NCBI RefSeq assembly: GCF_006345805.1
Contig: NC_042997.1
Coordinates: forward strand, 100,502,001 to 100,566,000
Reading direction: 5' to 3'
DNA from: Octopus sinensis
Taxonomy: Eukaryota
Length of the DNA: 64,000 nucleotides
Made by a program: the position numbers and the translations under genes
The notes under the pieces: model-generated
What the model was told of the DNA's origin: nothing
What the model saw: only the letters and a program-made list of their open reading frames with translations
Database searches by the model: none
Part shown: piece after piece, positions 37,768 to 51,560 of the stretch
Layout of the letters: each line of letters begins with the position of its first letter
How positions within the stretch are numbered: the stretch's first letter is position 1

Positions 37768-38934
37768 TTAAGGTAGAATTTCCTAGTATAATGGTTTTGA
37801 GTATGATGAATATATTTCAAAAGATGTAGGGAGTTGGTTGTAAATGCTTTTTCAAATGTCTGCATTGTACTTCATAGAAAAGAGAATCTAGGCACTGAAA
37901 CATATATATTTCTGCTCAGAGATGAATTACCATGTGTCACTAAAAAGGAAAACAAAATTACTTTAATTCAGATTTAATTATATTAAAGTGGTGAGTTTCC
38001 CAGAAGTTAGTAGACATAACAAGATTACTTTTGAAAAGATTTATGATATTTTGTAATATGTTTTTTTAAACAGAATTTATTAATGTCGAATACTATTTTT
38101 GATTTTATAAATCTTCCTGTGCATTACTCATCAGTGTCACTTGGCTCATCTCAGTGTTCAATACTGAGCTCAGTTTCTCCAGTCAGCACGAGAAAGGCAA
38201 ACATAAGTCACTCCAGGATATACTCTCTTGGACTACTAGTGAATCTCATGAAGTTATTGGTTTATAATACATTTCCTTCAATAGTTTTCAATAATCTACG
38301 ATAAGGTGGATTTGTAAAGGCTATCAATTATTTGTGCTATTGTAATGCTATTTTTTTTTTGCATTATTGTTGTTTTCATTTTATATTTATTAATGATGTA
38401 GATATTAAAAAGTAAAGAAAACCTTTTAGCAACACAGGTGAGAAATCAGGCAAAATATGTAAGGTAATACCAATAAATTTAACCAAAGACAAGATATTGT
38501 ATTACCTTACATGGGTTGTTTATTGCTTCTAATATATTTCAGGAAAAATTTCCCTCATCAAATATAAGAAAGAAAATAATCCAAGAGGCACAATACACCA
38601 GAATGGCCTGCTGATTATAATGCTTTTTCTCCAAATTCCTTCTTTATATTTGATAAGGTTTATCTTTCATGAAATACACTTGTAGCATTAAGCAACCCAT
38701 GTAAGGTAATACAACATGCTGTCTTTGTTTTTATTTATTGACATCCCCTAACATATTTTGTCTAAATGTTTTAAAATAGTTATATTATTTGCACATGATA
38801 ATGCTTCTAGCAAATTACAATATTCTTAATATATTTATTAAGTTAAATATTTTTCTACACACATATGATACACACGTGAATATATGTATCCATACCTACA
38901 TCTATATTCATCTATTTGTAAATATTTTATCAAG

Positions 38935-39162
38935 GTCATTAATGAACTGTTGTATGGTATACGGATGGTAAAATTTTATGCTTGGGAAAAATATTTCTTT
39001 GAAAAAATCAACTCTCTGCGACAAGATGAATTAAACAGCTTGAAAGCAAGAAAATATTTGGATGCTTGTTGTGCCTTTTTTTGGGCCACAACACCTGTCA
39101 TGATTTCAGTACTGACATTTGTTACATATATCTTGCTTGGAAAGGAACTCACAGCTGCAAAG
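38935..39162 (+). CDS. ABCC10: ABCC10 coding exon 2
   Basis: ttttatcaag|GTC; VINELLYGIRMVKFYAWE...KELTAAK; donor AAG|GTAAGA. Confidence 0.93.
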
Positions 39163-40485
39163 GTAAGACTAATTCACTTTCTGAATTATAAAAAAACTTT
39201 ATCATTTTTTGAGGGAAATATAACCACGATCATCTTTGTTTATAACTGTTTAATGTTTGCTGTTTTATGCTAGAAAGGTTTGCTATACAGCATATCACTA
39301 ATTGTCATTTCTATCTTGTGAAACTCTGTATCCTGAAATCTGACTTATTCATACATCCTCCTTGTTCTTTTTGTTTTCCCAAGGGTTACCCTCATGTACA
39401 GTATACAGCACCATTTTACTTAGAACTCATCCTCCATATCTATCATATCTCCACACTAGTGCAGTCATCTCTTTTGCATACATAATCTAAAGCCATTAAT
39501 GTCTGATTGATCTCATTTGTGCTCTGCACCTCTTGAAGATTAATGTTATACGCCCAATGTATCATGTTGTCTTAATTTCTTTCTAACCTCTTCATATCTC
39601 ACATAAATGTCTCACTGCTTTGCATCATCACATTCCTTCATATGGTCTTCATTTTGCATATGAGTTCATTAAATCTTGTCCATCTCTTCTCACCCTAAAT
39701 ATTATGTTTTGTTTTCACTATAACTGCTACCTGAGTAACAGAAAATATTGACTGGTAAGCAATGTAGAATGTTTATGGACTCCTTTAATGAGTGCCCTCA
39801 TTAACTGTTAAGTTTGCCAATTTGAAGTACTAATTCTCAATCTGCTTGTCAAAGGTCTCACGATTGATGCTTCTACTGAGTGTACAATATCCCTTTCTAT
39901 ATATCAAAAAGTTGCCATTTCCCTTATAGTGCTAATATTTCATGCTCTCTTTCACTATCAGTTTGGTCTTTGCTGTTGATTTTAAGTTCTTTTGGCTGAA
40001 GACCATGCTTCTACATATAAAATGTTTCTTTTGTAACTTACCCATACATTCCACTGTGATAAACAGGTGATCTTCATAAGATGTTCTTGAAGACAACTGA
40101 TACTGAACTCTTATACCATAGCAACAAAAACTAATGAATAGGACAGAGGACAAGTTCCTTGTGAACCCCTGCTTCTATACTTAGTTCTTTGCTAAACTCA
40201 TTCCCAACACTAGCATTTCAACAATATCCATGTGCATATGGCCTTTATGGCTTTGACACACCATCTATGTTTGTTTTGTTTTTTTGTTTTAGTGTCAGTC
40301 TAAAATTTATAGGAATTATGTCAAAAGCTGTCTCCAAGTTAACTTGCACAAAATAGAGTGGTTTGTTTTTAGCTATTGAAGCTAGGCATTGCATAATTTA
40401 CTCAGCTGATTTGATGTTTCTAAAGTTAGATCTTATAAAAACTTTAATTGCAATAAATGAACATGTATGCTATATATTTTTCCAG

Positions 40486-40651
40486 GTGTTCACATCTCTG
40501 TCTCTGTTTGTAATGTTAATTGCACCCTTAAATGCTTTCCCTTGGGTTGTAAACGGAGTTATGGAAGCAGCAGTGTCACTTCAGCGAGTCCAACAATTTG
40601 TTGATGTGAAGAATATTGACTATGAACACTACTATTCATTATATAAATCAA
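40486..40651 (+). CDS. ABCC10: ABCC10 coding exon 3
   Basis: ttttccag|GTG; VFTSLSLFVMLIAPLNAFPWVVNG...YSLYKS; donor A|GTAAGA, phase 1. Confidence 0.92.
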
Positions 40652-41764
40652 GTAAGATTTTGTTTTTTAATACAATATATTGCTTAAAAACTATTTGGGG
40701 TATTAGTGAGAGAGAGAAAGAGAGACAGACAGACACACACATGCACACACACACACACACACACTACATGACAAGTTTTGTGATAAAAGTGTGGAAACCT
40801 CAAGGAAATAAATTTTATCAAAATAGAATTGTCAGCTTAAACAACAATAATGTCAGTCACAGAGAAGAATATCTATAATGACCTACTAAATACATCAGTA
40901 GTGTCCATATTTTCATACTAGCGTAGGTTGGACAGGTCTGTGGTACAACATATTGCTTAGGTGCAAACCCAAAATGCATCACAATCAGGTTAACCCTATT
41001 CTGAACTAAGTGTACTAAAACTCCCTTAGCTACTTTCATATACTTAGTCTCCAAGTCTGATGTGTTAGTAACTGATCCCTCTGCAATGCTTCTTCTTTGT
41101 TGACAATGATACTCCCATACTAGTTATTGGGGGTCGCATCATTCACTTCCTGATTAACTAAGCAAGTAACTAGATGCCTTCATCATCTTAACACCTATTC
41201 CTTGTGCACTTGCTACCCTCTCTGTCTTCATTTCCTTAACGTAACTAACAATACTGAATCTAATACTGGTAATTGACTTCTGTGTTGGTTTCACTTGGGT
41301 TAGTTCCTACTCATATTGCTCATTCAATGCCTCTCATACATAGAAAAATATCTGAGAGTAACTTATAGCAACACTATAAAATATTTGAGAAAAAGAGAGG
41401 TGGAATAACACTTAAGGCTATGGGGGAATATATCAGGGTAAAACTAAGATGTGTGGAAAACTAGGAATGATTTGATACTGTTGAATTTAGTGACAATGAA
41501 AGGAATGAACAAATAGAGCTATGTTCACTGTATGCTTCACTCCCATTCTGTATTCTTGAACAACTAAAATAACTTTTCCACAGTGTAATTGTTTCAATTT
41601 CACCATGAAAATTAAGACAGTTGTCAAACAAATACAATTCTTTATCAATATTATACATTGTTTTCTCTTTATGTCAATTAGTCATAATTATATTTTCAGA
41701 TTATACTTCGTTATAATTTCAACTGAATTTAAATTCATAATGAAAATCTCAATAATTAGTAGAT

Positions 41765-42165
41765 GTAGGTGTGGCTGTGTGGTAAGAAGCTTGCTTCCCA
41801 ACCACATGATTCTGGATTCAGTCCCACTGTGTGGCACCTTGGGCAAGTGTCTTCTTCTATAGCCTTGGGCTGACCAAAGCTTTGTGAGTGCATTTAGTAG
41901 GCAGAAATTGAAAGAAGCCCATTATATATATCTATGTGTGTGTGTGTGTCTTTGTATCTGTGTTTCTCCTCCACCACTGCTTGGCAACTGGTGCTGGTAA
42001 GTTTTGCATCCCTGTAACTTAGCTGTTCTGCAAAAGAGATCAATAGAATAAGTACCGGACTTTAAAAAAAAAGTGCTGGGGTCGACTCATTCAAATAAAA
42101 ATTCTTCAAAGCAGTGTCTCAGCTTGGTTGCTGTCTAATGACTGAAACAAGTAAAAAATAAAAGA
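41765..42165 (+). mobile_element. Family A SINE with microsatellite and tail (intron 3)
   Basis: Well-preserved head 41765-41922; tail ending aatgactgaaacaagtaaaaaataaaagataaa. Confidence 0.8.
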
Positions 42166-42261
42166 TAAAAATTATTAAATTTTTTTTTGTATAATAAGTA
42201 TTTTTTGTATAATAAGTATATTTAAGTATTAAATATATAACATTTTACTTTTTCTTTTAAG

Positions 42262-42419
42262 ATGAGCCTACATCTGATGATTGTTTTAGTATCCAGGATG
42301 GCTGTTTTGCTTGGAAGCCCCCTGAACCAGTGGCTGACTCAAGTGACAGCTTAACAGATTCCTTTGAACATCAGCCTGCAGTATTGAATCTCACTGATAT
42401 TAATTTAGACATAAAAAAG
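42262..42419 (+). CDS. ABCC10: ABCC10 coding exon 4 (not in the ORF track)
   Basis: tttcttttaag|AT; (N)EPTSDDCFSIQDGCFAW...LTDINLDIKK; donor AAG|GTAAAA. Confidence 0.9.
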
Positions 42420-43070
42420 GTAAAACAACAAAGACTTAACTTTCACTTTTTTTTTTTCATCAGTATAATTCAATTCTGTATGATTATTTGGATTTATTGA
42501 TTAATATTTACCGATTTTATAATTGAATAAGAGAATAATTTATACAAAAATATATTTAAGTTAAGTTCCTTGTAAGTTAATTTCTTTTAACATACTAAGG
42601 AGTATTGTCAGCTAAACAAGGCTGGTTACATGAAACCTCTCGGTATGGGTTTGCAATCCTTGTTACAGTAAATTCTATAAGCTTCTATTACATGATTTTA
42701 TTGATTGCTTTTATGCTTTTAATCAATAAATAAAACAAGTTAGTTCTATATAGTCTCAATTTTGAAATGGTAAACCTTTTTAGTTTTCCAAATAATACTT
42801 GCAGAAAAAATTACATAAAATATGTTTTACAATTGATTTTTGTCAGGTTTTAATGATACTTCACTAACTGATTTGTTGTATTTTGGGAGGGTCATTATGC
42901 CAATAATAAATATATGTGCTGGTTCTGTTTCTCTTCTTTTATTATTATTATTAGTATATTTTTCAAGAATTTAATGTAATACATTGTAATGTACCAAATG
43001 AAGAGTGACTAGCTTTTACTTGCCAAGAGGCACATTTTTTAATTGATAATGTTTTTTTCTATTGTTTTAG

Positions 43071-43328
43071 GGGATGTTTGTTGGAGTAATTGGTAAAGTT
43101 GGTTCAGGCAAAAGCTCCTTATTGTATGCTATCCTAGGGGAGATGTCAAAGATAAAAGGAGACATACAAGTGATTAGTGCCTTAATTAACGATGGGTTTG
43201 CTTTTGCACCTCAAGAACCTTGGATACAGAATGATACCATCAAGGCAAATATTTTGTTTGGACAAACTGAAAACATGAAAAAGTATGACCAAGTGATCTC
43301 AGCATGTGCTTTAGATGCAGACTTGACG
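43071..43328 (+). CDS. ABCC10: ABCC10 coding exon 5 (NBD1 Walker A, Q-loop)
   Basis: ttgttttag|GGG; GMFVGVIGKVGSGKSSLL...QEPWIQNDTIKANILFG...ALDADLT; donor ACG|GTAAGA. Confidence 0.95.
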
Positions 43329-43967
43329 GTAAGATATTGGTTGTAGATAACTGCTTTTTAGGGAATGGGGAAAGGGAGGGGGTGCAGGTATTGTAAGCTC
43401 ACAAAGAGTGGAAATATCAAGGAAGTGTTATGACAAGTACTGAGTGTTTCAATGGGTTGTGATTTTCCTTACAAATTAATAGCTTAAACCATGTACAGTA
43501 TATAAATTTTAAATGTTGTTAAAAAGAAAAAAATCTTTGTTATAATTAATATTTGAATAGGGGACTGTGTTATTAGTGAACAGAAATATGACTGATGAGA
43601 TACCAGGGTCCAATATAATTTTGTTATGTAAGTCCTTATCTTCTTTGGTAATTTCCATAAAAATAAGGGTGTTAGGTCATGCAACTATCTAAAAGAGGCA
43701 TGTACTGGATGGAACACTATAAGAAAATATGGATAATAAACCATTATGGAAAATTAATTATCTCATTAATTTTTGCTTATTGTAAGACACCTGCAGTGGT
43801 GGCATTTGTAAAGTATGATTTGGTGAAGTGGGATGCTGAGCTGTAAATGGTTGAGAACCACTGCTATAGAAGAACAATATTGTGTTTTTTACAAATTACT
43901 CATATAAGAAATCTATTCCCTATATAATCTATAATATTTCAAGTTATTTCATCCTCTCTTCAAACTC

Positions 43968-45370
43968 ATTTGGCAGGCTCTCTTTCTCCCATTCATTCTG
44001 TTTATTTAGCAACCTTTCATAGTGGCATCTCCATACTTCTCTGTTTGCGCCTCGTTTGATGCAAGTGAACTATCATCTATGTGAACACATTTCTCTCCTA
44101 TGACATCATGATTCTCTCTCACACACTGTTTCACAGCGTGAAATACCTCAAGTCCTTGGTCCTCATGGTGCAGACCATTTGCAAATTTTTCTTATCTGCT
44201 TTTCCCCTGGCTAAATAAACCTGTCTCCTAGCTTCCCTTTTGGCAGTCAGATACAATTCCCTGCTACCACAGTTCTTCCAGTCCTTCCAAGCCTGTTTCT
44301 TTTCCCTAATGGCCCTGTCAACTACATTGTTCCACTATGTTACCTTATGTCAAGAGGGGACTTTGCACCATCTACAGATCTGGTCAGTGGCCCTCAGCAG
44401 GTTGTCCCATAGAAACCCCCAGTTGTCTTCTATATCATATGATGCTATATTCCCCTCTATTTCATCAAAAGCTTTGAGTAATACATCTCTATATCTCTGC
44501 CCATTTGCAGGATCTTTAAGCTTCCAGACCCTTCTCCATGCTGGTCGTTTTCTGGGCATCCATTTAGTCCTGATCCTGAAGTCGCTAACTACTAGTCTAT
44601 GTTATGGGGTACATTCTTTGCCTGAGAAGATTTTGACATTTATAAGCAGCCATCTTTCTCTTTTTCTGATGAGGATGTTGTCAATCTGACTAGTGTGTCT
44701 ACCAGATCGGCAGGTGACTAGGAGACTTGCAGGTTTCCTGAAGTTAGTATTGCAAACCAGAAGATCATTTGCATCGCAGAACTCCAGTAGCCTGGTTCCC
44801 TCCTCATTGAGGGAACCAAAACCATAGCCTCCATGTATGCCATGGAAGCCCCTTGCATGTTGTCCAACATGTCTATTGAAATCACCAGCCACAAAGAGAA
44901 GACCCCTGTCATTCATTGATAGGGTAGTCAGCAAGAGGGTGTCATAAAATCGGTCTTTCTGTCCATCAGCTAATCCCGGCTGAGGGGCATAGGGCGAGAA
45001 AATGGTTACTAACCCATGATGTAGTACTAATCTAATCTTAAGTATTCTATCGCAGACTCTGACTACCTCGATTACCTTATTGACTCATTTCTCTGCAAGA
45101 AGTATACCCACACCCCCAACCCCATCAGTGTTCCCTGCCCAGAAGATCTTGTATCTATGTTCTTTGCTTGTGAGAAACCTAGCAGGGCCTCCTCTCCACC
45201 TTACTTCTTGGATGCAGCACAAATCTACACATCTCCATTCAAGCATCTCAACAATCTCATCAGACCTACCTTTCAGTGTGCTCATGTTGAGTGTGTCAAC
45301 CCTGAGGGTGAGAGAGGTGTGGGCCTGTGTGACCCTGGGATGGGGCACAGCAGTGTCATGTATCTGAAAA
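43968..45370 (-). mobile_element. RTE LINE 5' fragment (APE domain and tether) antisense in ABCC10 intron 5
   Basis: LRVDTLNMSTLKGRSDEIVEML...CIQEVRWRGG, GDFNRHVG, SQIDNIL, WRRVWKLKDP, WRCHYERLLN. Confidence 0.92.
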
Positions 45371-45877
45371 GAAAGCTCGCATTTGGCAGAATTCATTAAC
45401 AAACAACTACACTACACCATCATTTTTATGATCACAACCTTACATAGGAAATAGACCCTAAGTAGGGGTGGCGATGGCATTAAGCCTTTAGAAGTGTTCA
45501 TGGGAGACAACCGAAGGCTGTCAAAAATAGGGATTTCTGGTACTGGTGGGGGTGGGGGTTATTAGGAATGGCATATTAATAATAGATAGAATTTAAAACG
45601 TTTAAAATTTTCGGTCAGCCAATCTGTGACAAAATTAGAGAAATGAAAAATTGACAATGTAACAAAAGTAAATAGATGCATGAATAGGTGACGATAAGGG
45701 TATTCGTGTGAACTTAAGTTTGTTTTTAAGATGGAAGATGAAAACTATGTTCACAGAACTAAGAGAGGGTTATGATCTGTGCTGAAATAGAGGTGATTTG
45801 TCAATGAATTTAATACCACCTACTTTTCAGATATAATTTCTAATTTTGCTTATTTTATTGTTTAAAAAAAATCCTAG

Positions 45878-46093
<216 letters not shown>

Positions 46094-47994
46094 TAAACAT
46101 TGGTTTCTAATTTTGGCCCAACACCAGCAATTTTAGGAGACGGGTAAATCGATTACATCAATCTCAATACTGAGCTGCTATTTATTTTATCAAGCATGAA
46201 AGGATGAAAGGCAAAGTGGAATTTGAACTCAGAACATAAAGATAGACAATGTCGCTAAGCATTTTGCCCAGCATGCTAATGATTCTGCCAGCTTGGCACC
46301 TTGGGCAAGTGTCTTCTATTATAGCCTTGAGCCTTGTGGGTGGATTTGGTAGACAGAAACTGAAAGAATCCCATCGTATATATATATATATATAAACTGA
46401 TGTAATACTTGCATTGCTCAATTTAATGGAGTCGCATGAAACGATCGCACTGCATTACCTCTGGATATCCTTGTTGCTTATTTTGATTATAATCACCCCA
46501 TTTTTAATTATATGGATAATACCATACCAAATTCTGGTACCTTTAACTTAAGTACCATATTCAACTGAATCTAAATTTTTACTGAACTTATATATATATT
46601 TATGTGTGTGTTTCTTTATGTCCCCGTAACTTAGCAGTTCAGCAAAAGTGACCAATAAAATAAGTACTACAGGGTTCAATTTATTCAACTAAAACCCTCT
46701 AAGGCAGTGCACCAGCATGGCCATAGTCAAACAACTGAAATGTATAAAAGAATATTGCTTTGAAATATTTACGTATCAAGGGATTATTCTTGCTTATTCA
46801 CAGTTCAGTTACTGAAACAAAAGATAAAAGATAAGCTAGAAAGAATTTGACATGGAAACAGCTTGAGAAATTATTATTGTATTACTGTTCTGAAAGAGAT
46901 TAAATACATCCTATGCAGATAGACCAATATCTGTGAGTGGGAATGAAAAGGAAATTTAGAATAAAGATATTTTAAAATATTACATTCAAGGATTTTGCAA
47001 ATTGCAAGGCAACTTCAGTACAGCTAGTATCAGGAAAAGAAAGTACCCAGTGCTCTGTAATGTGGCTAGTAAGGGCTTCCAGCCATAAAAATTATATCAA
47101 AACTAAGTCTTTGGAGCAAGATGTAGTTCTCTAATCCATGGATCCAGTTGACCTATCAAGTCCATGTCAGGGTAGAAAAGAGACATGAAATGATAATGGT
47201 GATAATGGAAAGACAAAATGTGTTAAGACATGAATGTATATAGCATGAGAGTAAATATTTAACAATACTGAAATTATGAAATTTGAATGAAGTTCCTTAA
47301 CACGCAATTTTATCAGCATATACAAAATTATCTTTTGTGCATACTTTCATATTAACTGAAAAATATCAACTTTATTATCACCATGAAAGTAAAGGTGTTA
47401 CATATTGTTTTTTACTAGCATTGGTTTAAAATACATTTTGTCAGTTTTTAAATTATTAGTTTCAGAACTTTTTTAGTCTAATACTGTCTTAGTAACTATT
47501 GACATTTGGCCTCAGACAAGCTGGTGTTTACTGTGCCTTTCATTCTTCTCACTACTGTATCTGCCATTTACTCAAAGCTATCATATATTTTGATGAGGAA
47601 CAATGGGTCTATTTTGTAAAATTATTTGCACTCAAGATATCAAATTATACTCTTCTTGTTACTTTGAACTTTGTTTCTATTCTGTTACTGTCTATAATAT
47701 AATCAATCAAACGATTGGTGCTAGGATTTCACAAACATTTTGTATCCATGGAGGGGACCATTCCTAAATCTCTTTTGTGTTATCACAATGATGGTTAAAA
47801 TATTGATATATTTATATACTTACAGGCATCTATTTCTTTAAACAGAAAACAGAATCAGTGCATGATGAGAGATGATAATGCAAATATATGAAAATAATTT
47901 CTATGATTTAGTTCAACATCTCATAAACATTTCTGTTTTCCTTTATTGCAAATTGTAGTACAAGTGGTCATAAAGACATTTAATTTTTTTTCAG

Positions 47995-48184
47995 GATAAA
48001 GAAACCTATCTTTTAGATGATCCACTTTCAGCTGTAGATGCCCATGTTGCTCAACATCTCTATAAAAAATGCATCATGGGTATTTTAAGCAATAAAACTT
48101 GTATATTGTGTACTCACCACATCAAGTATTTACAAGATGCAGATCTGATTGTTGTGATGAAGGAAGGCGCAATTGTGCGATCAG
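47995..48184 (+). CDS. ABCC10: ABCC10 coding exon 7 (NBD1 Walker B, D-loop, H-loop; not in the ORF track)
   Basis: ttttttcag|GAT; DKETYLLDDPLSAVDAHVAQHLY...LCTHHIKYL...IVRS; donor G|GTAAGT, phase 1. Confidence 0.95.
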
Positions 48185-48568
48185 GTAAGTCAAAAGGAAT
48201 CTGTTCTTTTAATTGCATCTGGGCATGAAACTTATTTTAGTTATGGTGTTAGATATTAAACTGTCAGTGTTAGATCACAAATAGAAATCAGTAAGTTTCT
48301 TTCTACTCTTATATTTATTACTAATTGGGCACAAAATTGGATGCAGTGCTTATTAATTGAACTACAGTCAAGAACATATTTATACTACCTATGAATCACT
48401 AAGATTACTACCTTATATTATTCTATATTAAATCTGAATTCAGTGATTTAAGTAAATTTTTTGAATTGTTAGTTATTTAGATTTATTAATTACACTTTGA
48501 AGAACTATTTTTTAAAGTATGATTTTTAAAAAAAGCAACAACTAATTATAATTATTTTTTCTCACTAG

Positions 48569-48808
48569 GACCCCCAGGTGAAATTCTTGAAAACTTTTCT
48601 ATGAATCTAGCTGACTTTACACCAAAGAATAGGGATGAGCTAGAAGATATTTCAGGGGAAAAGGATGACTTTGTTGCTCCTTCAAAATTGGTTGGAGCAG
48701 AAGAAAAGGAGACAGGATCTGTTAGAATATCTGTTTATAAAACATACTGGAAAGCTATTGGCACTTCCCTCTCCATAATTATTTTATTGTCTCTTTTATT
48801 CATGCAAG
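48569..48808 (+). CDS. ABCC10: ABCC10 coding exon 8 (linker, start of TMD2)
   Basis: ttctcactag|GA; GPPGEILE...EEKETGSVRISVYKTYWKAIG...LFMQ; donor G|GTAATT, phase 1. Confidence 0.92.
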
Positions 48809-49266
48809 GTAATTCAACTATTACTTATTCATTCAAATGTTTAATACACACACCCACACACACATATATGTATGGTGTTGTTGTTCTATGGACTGATTAA
48901 GAGTTAATATTTTTCATAAAATAACATTTGTTGCTGATTGGTTTGAAAATATCCTGAAGTGAGTGAGTGACATGGTAAAAAATGGATTTTAAAATGTATA
49001 AAATGTTCTTCATTCAGTACTAACTCTACATTTAGATAAGTTGTTTATAAACAAGCCTTTGCCAAAAGCGTTACCTGACTGATTGGCATTCACCCATTCT
49101 GATCCACATCATCTCACTTTGTCATGTCTAACACTACTACAGTGTCCTCTACTCCCAAAAGCAAGATTTTTTCAGATTAGTCTGTTTCCTTATAATTTTG
49201 GATCTAGTCTAAGGATCATATTTACCTTATCTTTCTTTACTCATGTTTGTATTTTCTTTGGTTTTG

Positions 49267-49314
<48 letters not shown>

Positions 49315-49834
49315 TTTACACATATGTGTTATATTCCAATAAAAAGCTTTTTTATTTTTTTATACATATACACCATTAAATGTTAATAATCATTATATTG
49401 AATTCCTGGATCAGAAAATTGTTCAGTTCTTTTAGGACGTTCGACTTTAGTATATAATTGTATACTCAACTAATTTTTTACTTTTATCTCTGGTACTGTA
49501 AAAGATATCAAGCATAACAAAGTATCTTTATACACCTACCATTTGATTAAAAGAAAATTATTGAGACCATGGCATATTTTTTTAAAACATTCTTTGAGAA
49601 AAAATTTTTTAATTTCTTGATCTCAAATGTATATTTTAAATGTTTTGATTTCTGAACCTTATATTTTATTTTTAGCTATAATTTTGTATTTCACTGGATT
49701 TATTTAATTTCTTTGCTATCTATAAAACTTGGGTAGAGAAAAAGGTTCCATTTTTTTTTTCCGACTACATTCACCTACACTATCTATATAACATTTTAAT
49801 CACAATTTTAGTAAAATCTATGATAAAAGATCAG

Positions 49835-49938
49835 TGACCTCTTCAGCGACACTTTCCATGTGTGCTCCTGCTCCACTTAGAATAGACTAAGTGGAGCAGG
49901 AGCACACATCAGGCCGGAAAGTGTTGCTGAAGAGGTCA
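49835..49938. repeat. Long hairpin in ABCC10 intron 8 (23+23-bp stem)
   Basis: 49858-49880 pairs perfectly with 49887-49909; 49835-49857 pairs with 49916-49938 (one G-U); 6-nt bulge, 6-nt loop. Confidence 0.92.
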
Positions 49939-50204
49939 GATGTGTGATGAAAGATTTCCGGATAATGGACATCACTTAAAATAGGAAAAGTAATAAATGA
50001 ATGAAAAACAAATATATAGTGCGTGTGTTTATTTGGCATAAAAAAAAATCCATCCTGAAATACAACAATATGATAAGAGAATTTTCCTTGAGGAAAAACG
50101 AAGAATGAAAATTGAAGTAAAGGTTTTTAGGATTTTGACATATCAGAGAAAAAATTATTTTTATGATAACTGAATCTTTATTAAATATCTTCATTTTGCT
50201 ATAG

Positions 50205-50283
50205 CTTCAAGGAACATTACAGATTGGTGGTTGTCATACTGGGTTAGTCATTCTCATGAGCAGGGTCAACAGAGTACTAATGG
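50205..50283 (+). CDS. ABCC10: ABCC10 coding exon 9 (not in the ORF track)
   Basis: tttgctatag|CT; ASRNITDWWLSYWVSHSHEQGQQSTN; donor GG|GTGAGT, phase 2. Confidence 0.92.
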
Positions 50284-50689
50284 GTGAGTATATATAAAAA
50301 CATTTTCTCTTTTTACTCATTTATGCAGCAATCAATCTCTTTAGTTCTCAAACATGGGATAATCTCTCCAGTGTCGGAAGCATGATGAAAAGCACTCACT
50401 CCACACTGAGATAATATACAATAACAAAGTTACCTGATTTTTGTTGGTGAATCTCTGCTAGATAATGAAGACTGCAATGACTGATGAGACCTGTTAAATT
50501 CATGCCAGTATGGGAAAATGGATGTAAAATGATGGTGCTGATGATGAATCTAGATTATCTTATATCATCATCATCAACATTCAACATCTGTTTTCCATGC
50601 TGGCATGAGTTGGATGGCTTGACAGGAACTGGTAAGGCCAAGGGCCATACCAGGCTCCAGTCAAATATATTTTATTTAAATTGAAAGTC

Positions 50690-51112
50690 AAGGTGGTTGA
50701 TTGGCAGAATTATTAGAGCATTGGAAGAAATACCTTGCATTATTGGTTCCGGCTCTTTACATTCTGAGTTCAAATCCTACTAAGGTCACTTTGCCTTTTA
50801 TCTTTCTGGGGGCTGATAAAAATAAAATGTCATTCTAGGAACTGGTGTAATTAACCTTCCCCTCAAAATTGCTAGTCTTTTGCATAAATTAGAAACAGTT
50901 ATTAAGATTGGTTTCAAGTTTTGGTACAGGCCAGCAATTTCAGGGGAGTGGGGTAAGTTGATTACATCACCCCAGTGCTCAACTGGTACTTTTTTTATTG
51001 ACCTTGAAATAAGTCGACCTCAGTAGAGATTGAACACAGACTGTAACAACAGACAAAATGCCGCTGAGCAGTTTCCCCGGCATGGTAATGATTCTGCCAG
51101 CTCGCCACCTTA
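50690..51112. mobile_element. Tail-to-tail inverted pair of family B SINEs (intron 9)
   Basis: + copy about 50690-50900; - copy about 50905-51112, ending gattctgccagctcgccacctt. Confidence 0.75.
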
Positions 51113-51160
51113 AAAAACAATTATTAATGTTGTAAAGTATTTTTCAATATATTTTTACAG

Positions 51161-51368
51161 ATGGGCAAACATTATAATTGACCAATCCAACCAGTCTATG
51201 ACTAATATCACGAATGGCAAAGATAACCTGAATTTCTATCTTGGTATTTATGGTGGGCTGGCTGCTGGCAACTCTTTATTTGCACTATGCCGTGCTTTTT
51301 CTTTTGCTTATGGTGGTATAAATGCAGCAAAAGTTATACATGAAAACCTATTAAGAACGATATTGAAG
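51161..51368 (+). CDS. ABCC10: ABCC10 coding exon 10
   Basis: tttttacag|A; WANIIIDQSNQSMTNIT...FYLGIYGGLAAGNSLFALCRAFSFAYGG...LRTILK; donor AAG|GTTTGT. Confidence 0.9.
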
Positions 51369-51560
51369 GTTTGTTATTTTTTTAATATTTTCTTCAATTG
51401 AAGCATTATTTTTTGTTTTGAAATTAATTTCTCACATAGAGGAAATTTTATTATAAATGCTTAAAATAGTAAAATTTAAGAAGAAAATCTTTGTAATCTA
51501 AGTAATTATATTTCATGATTTTCATTTTCTTTAGCCATCAAAAACTGACTCTATTTTCAG

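Noticed and set aside
35800-41340. Possible extra ABCC10 exons in introns 1-3 (35.8-36.3, 38.1-38.3, 39.3-40.3, 40.9-41.3 kb)
   Set aside because: The protein is already continuous across these introns; the segments look like very decayed antisense LINE remnants that I could not classify.
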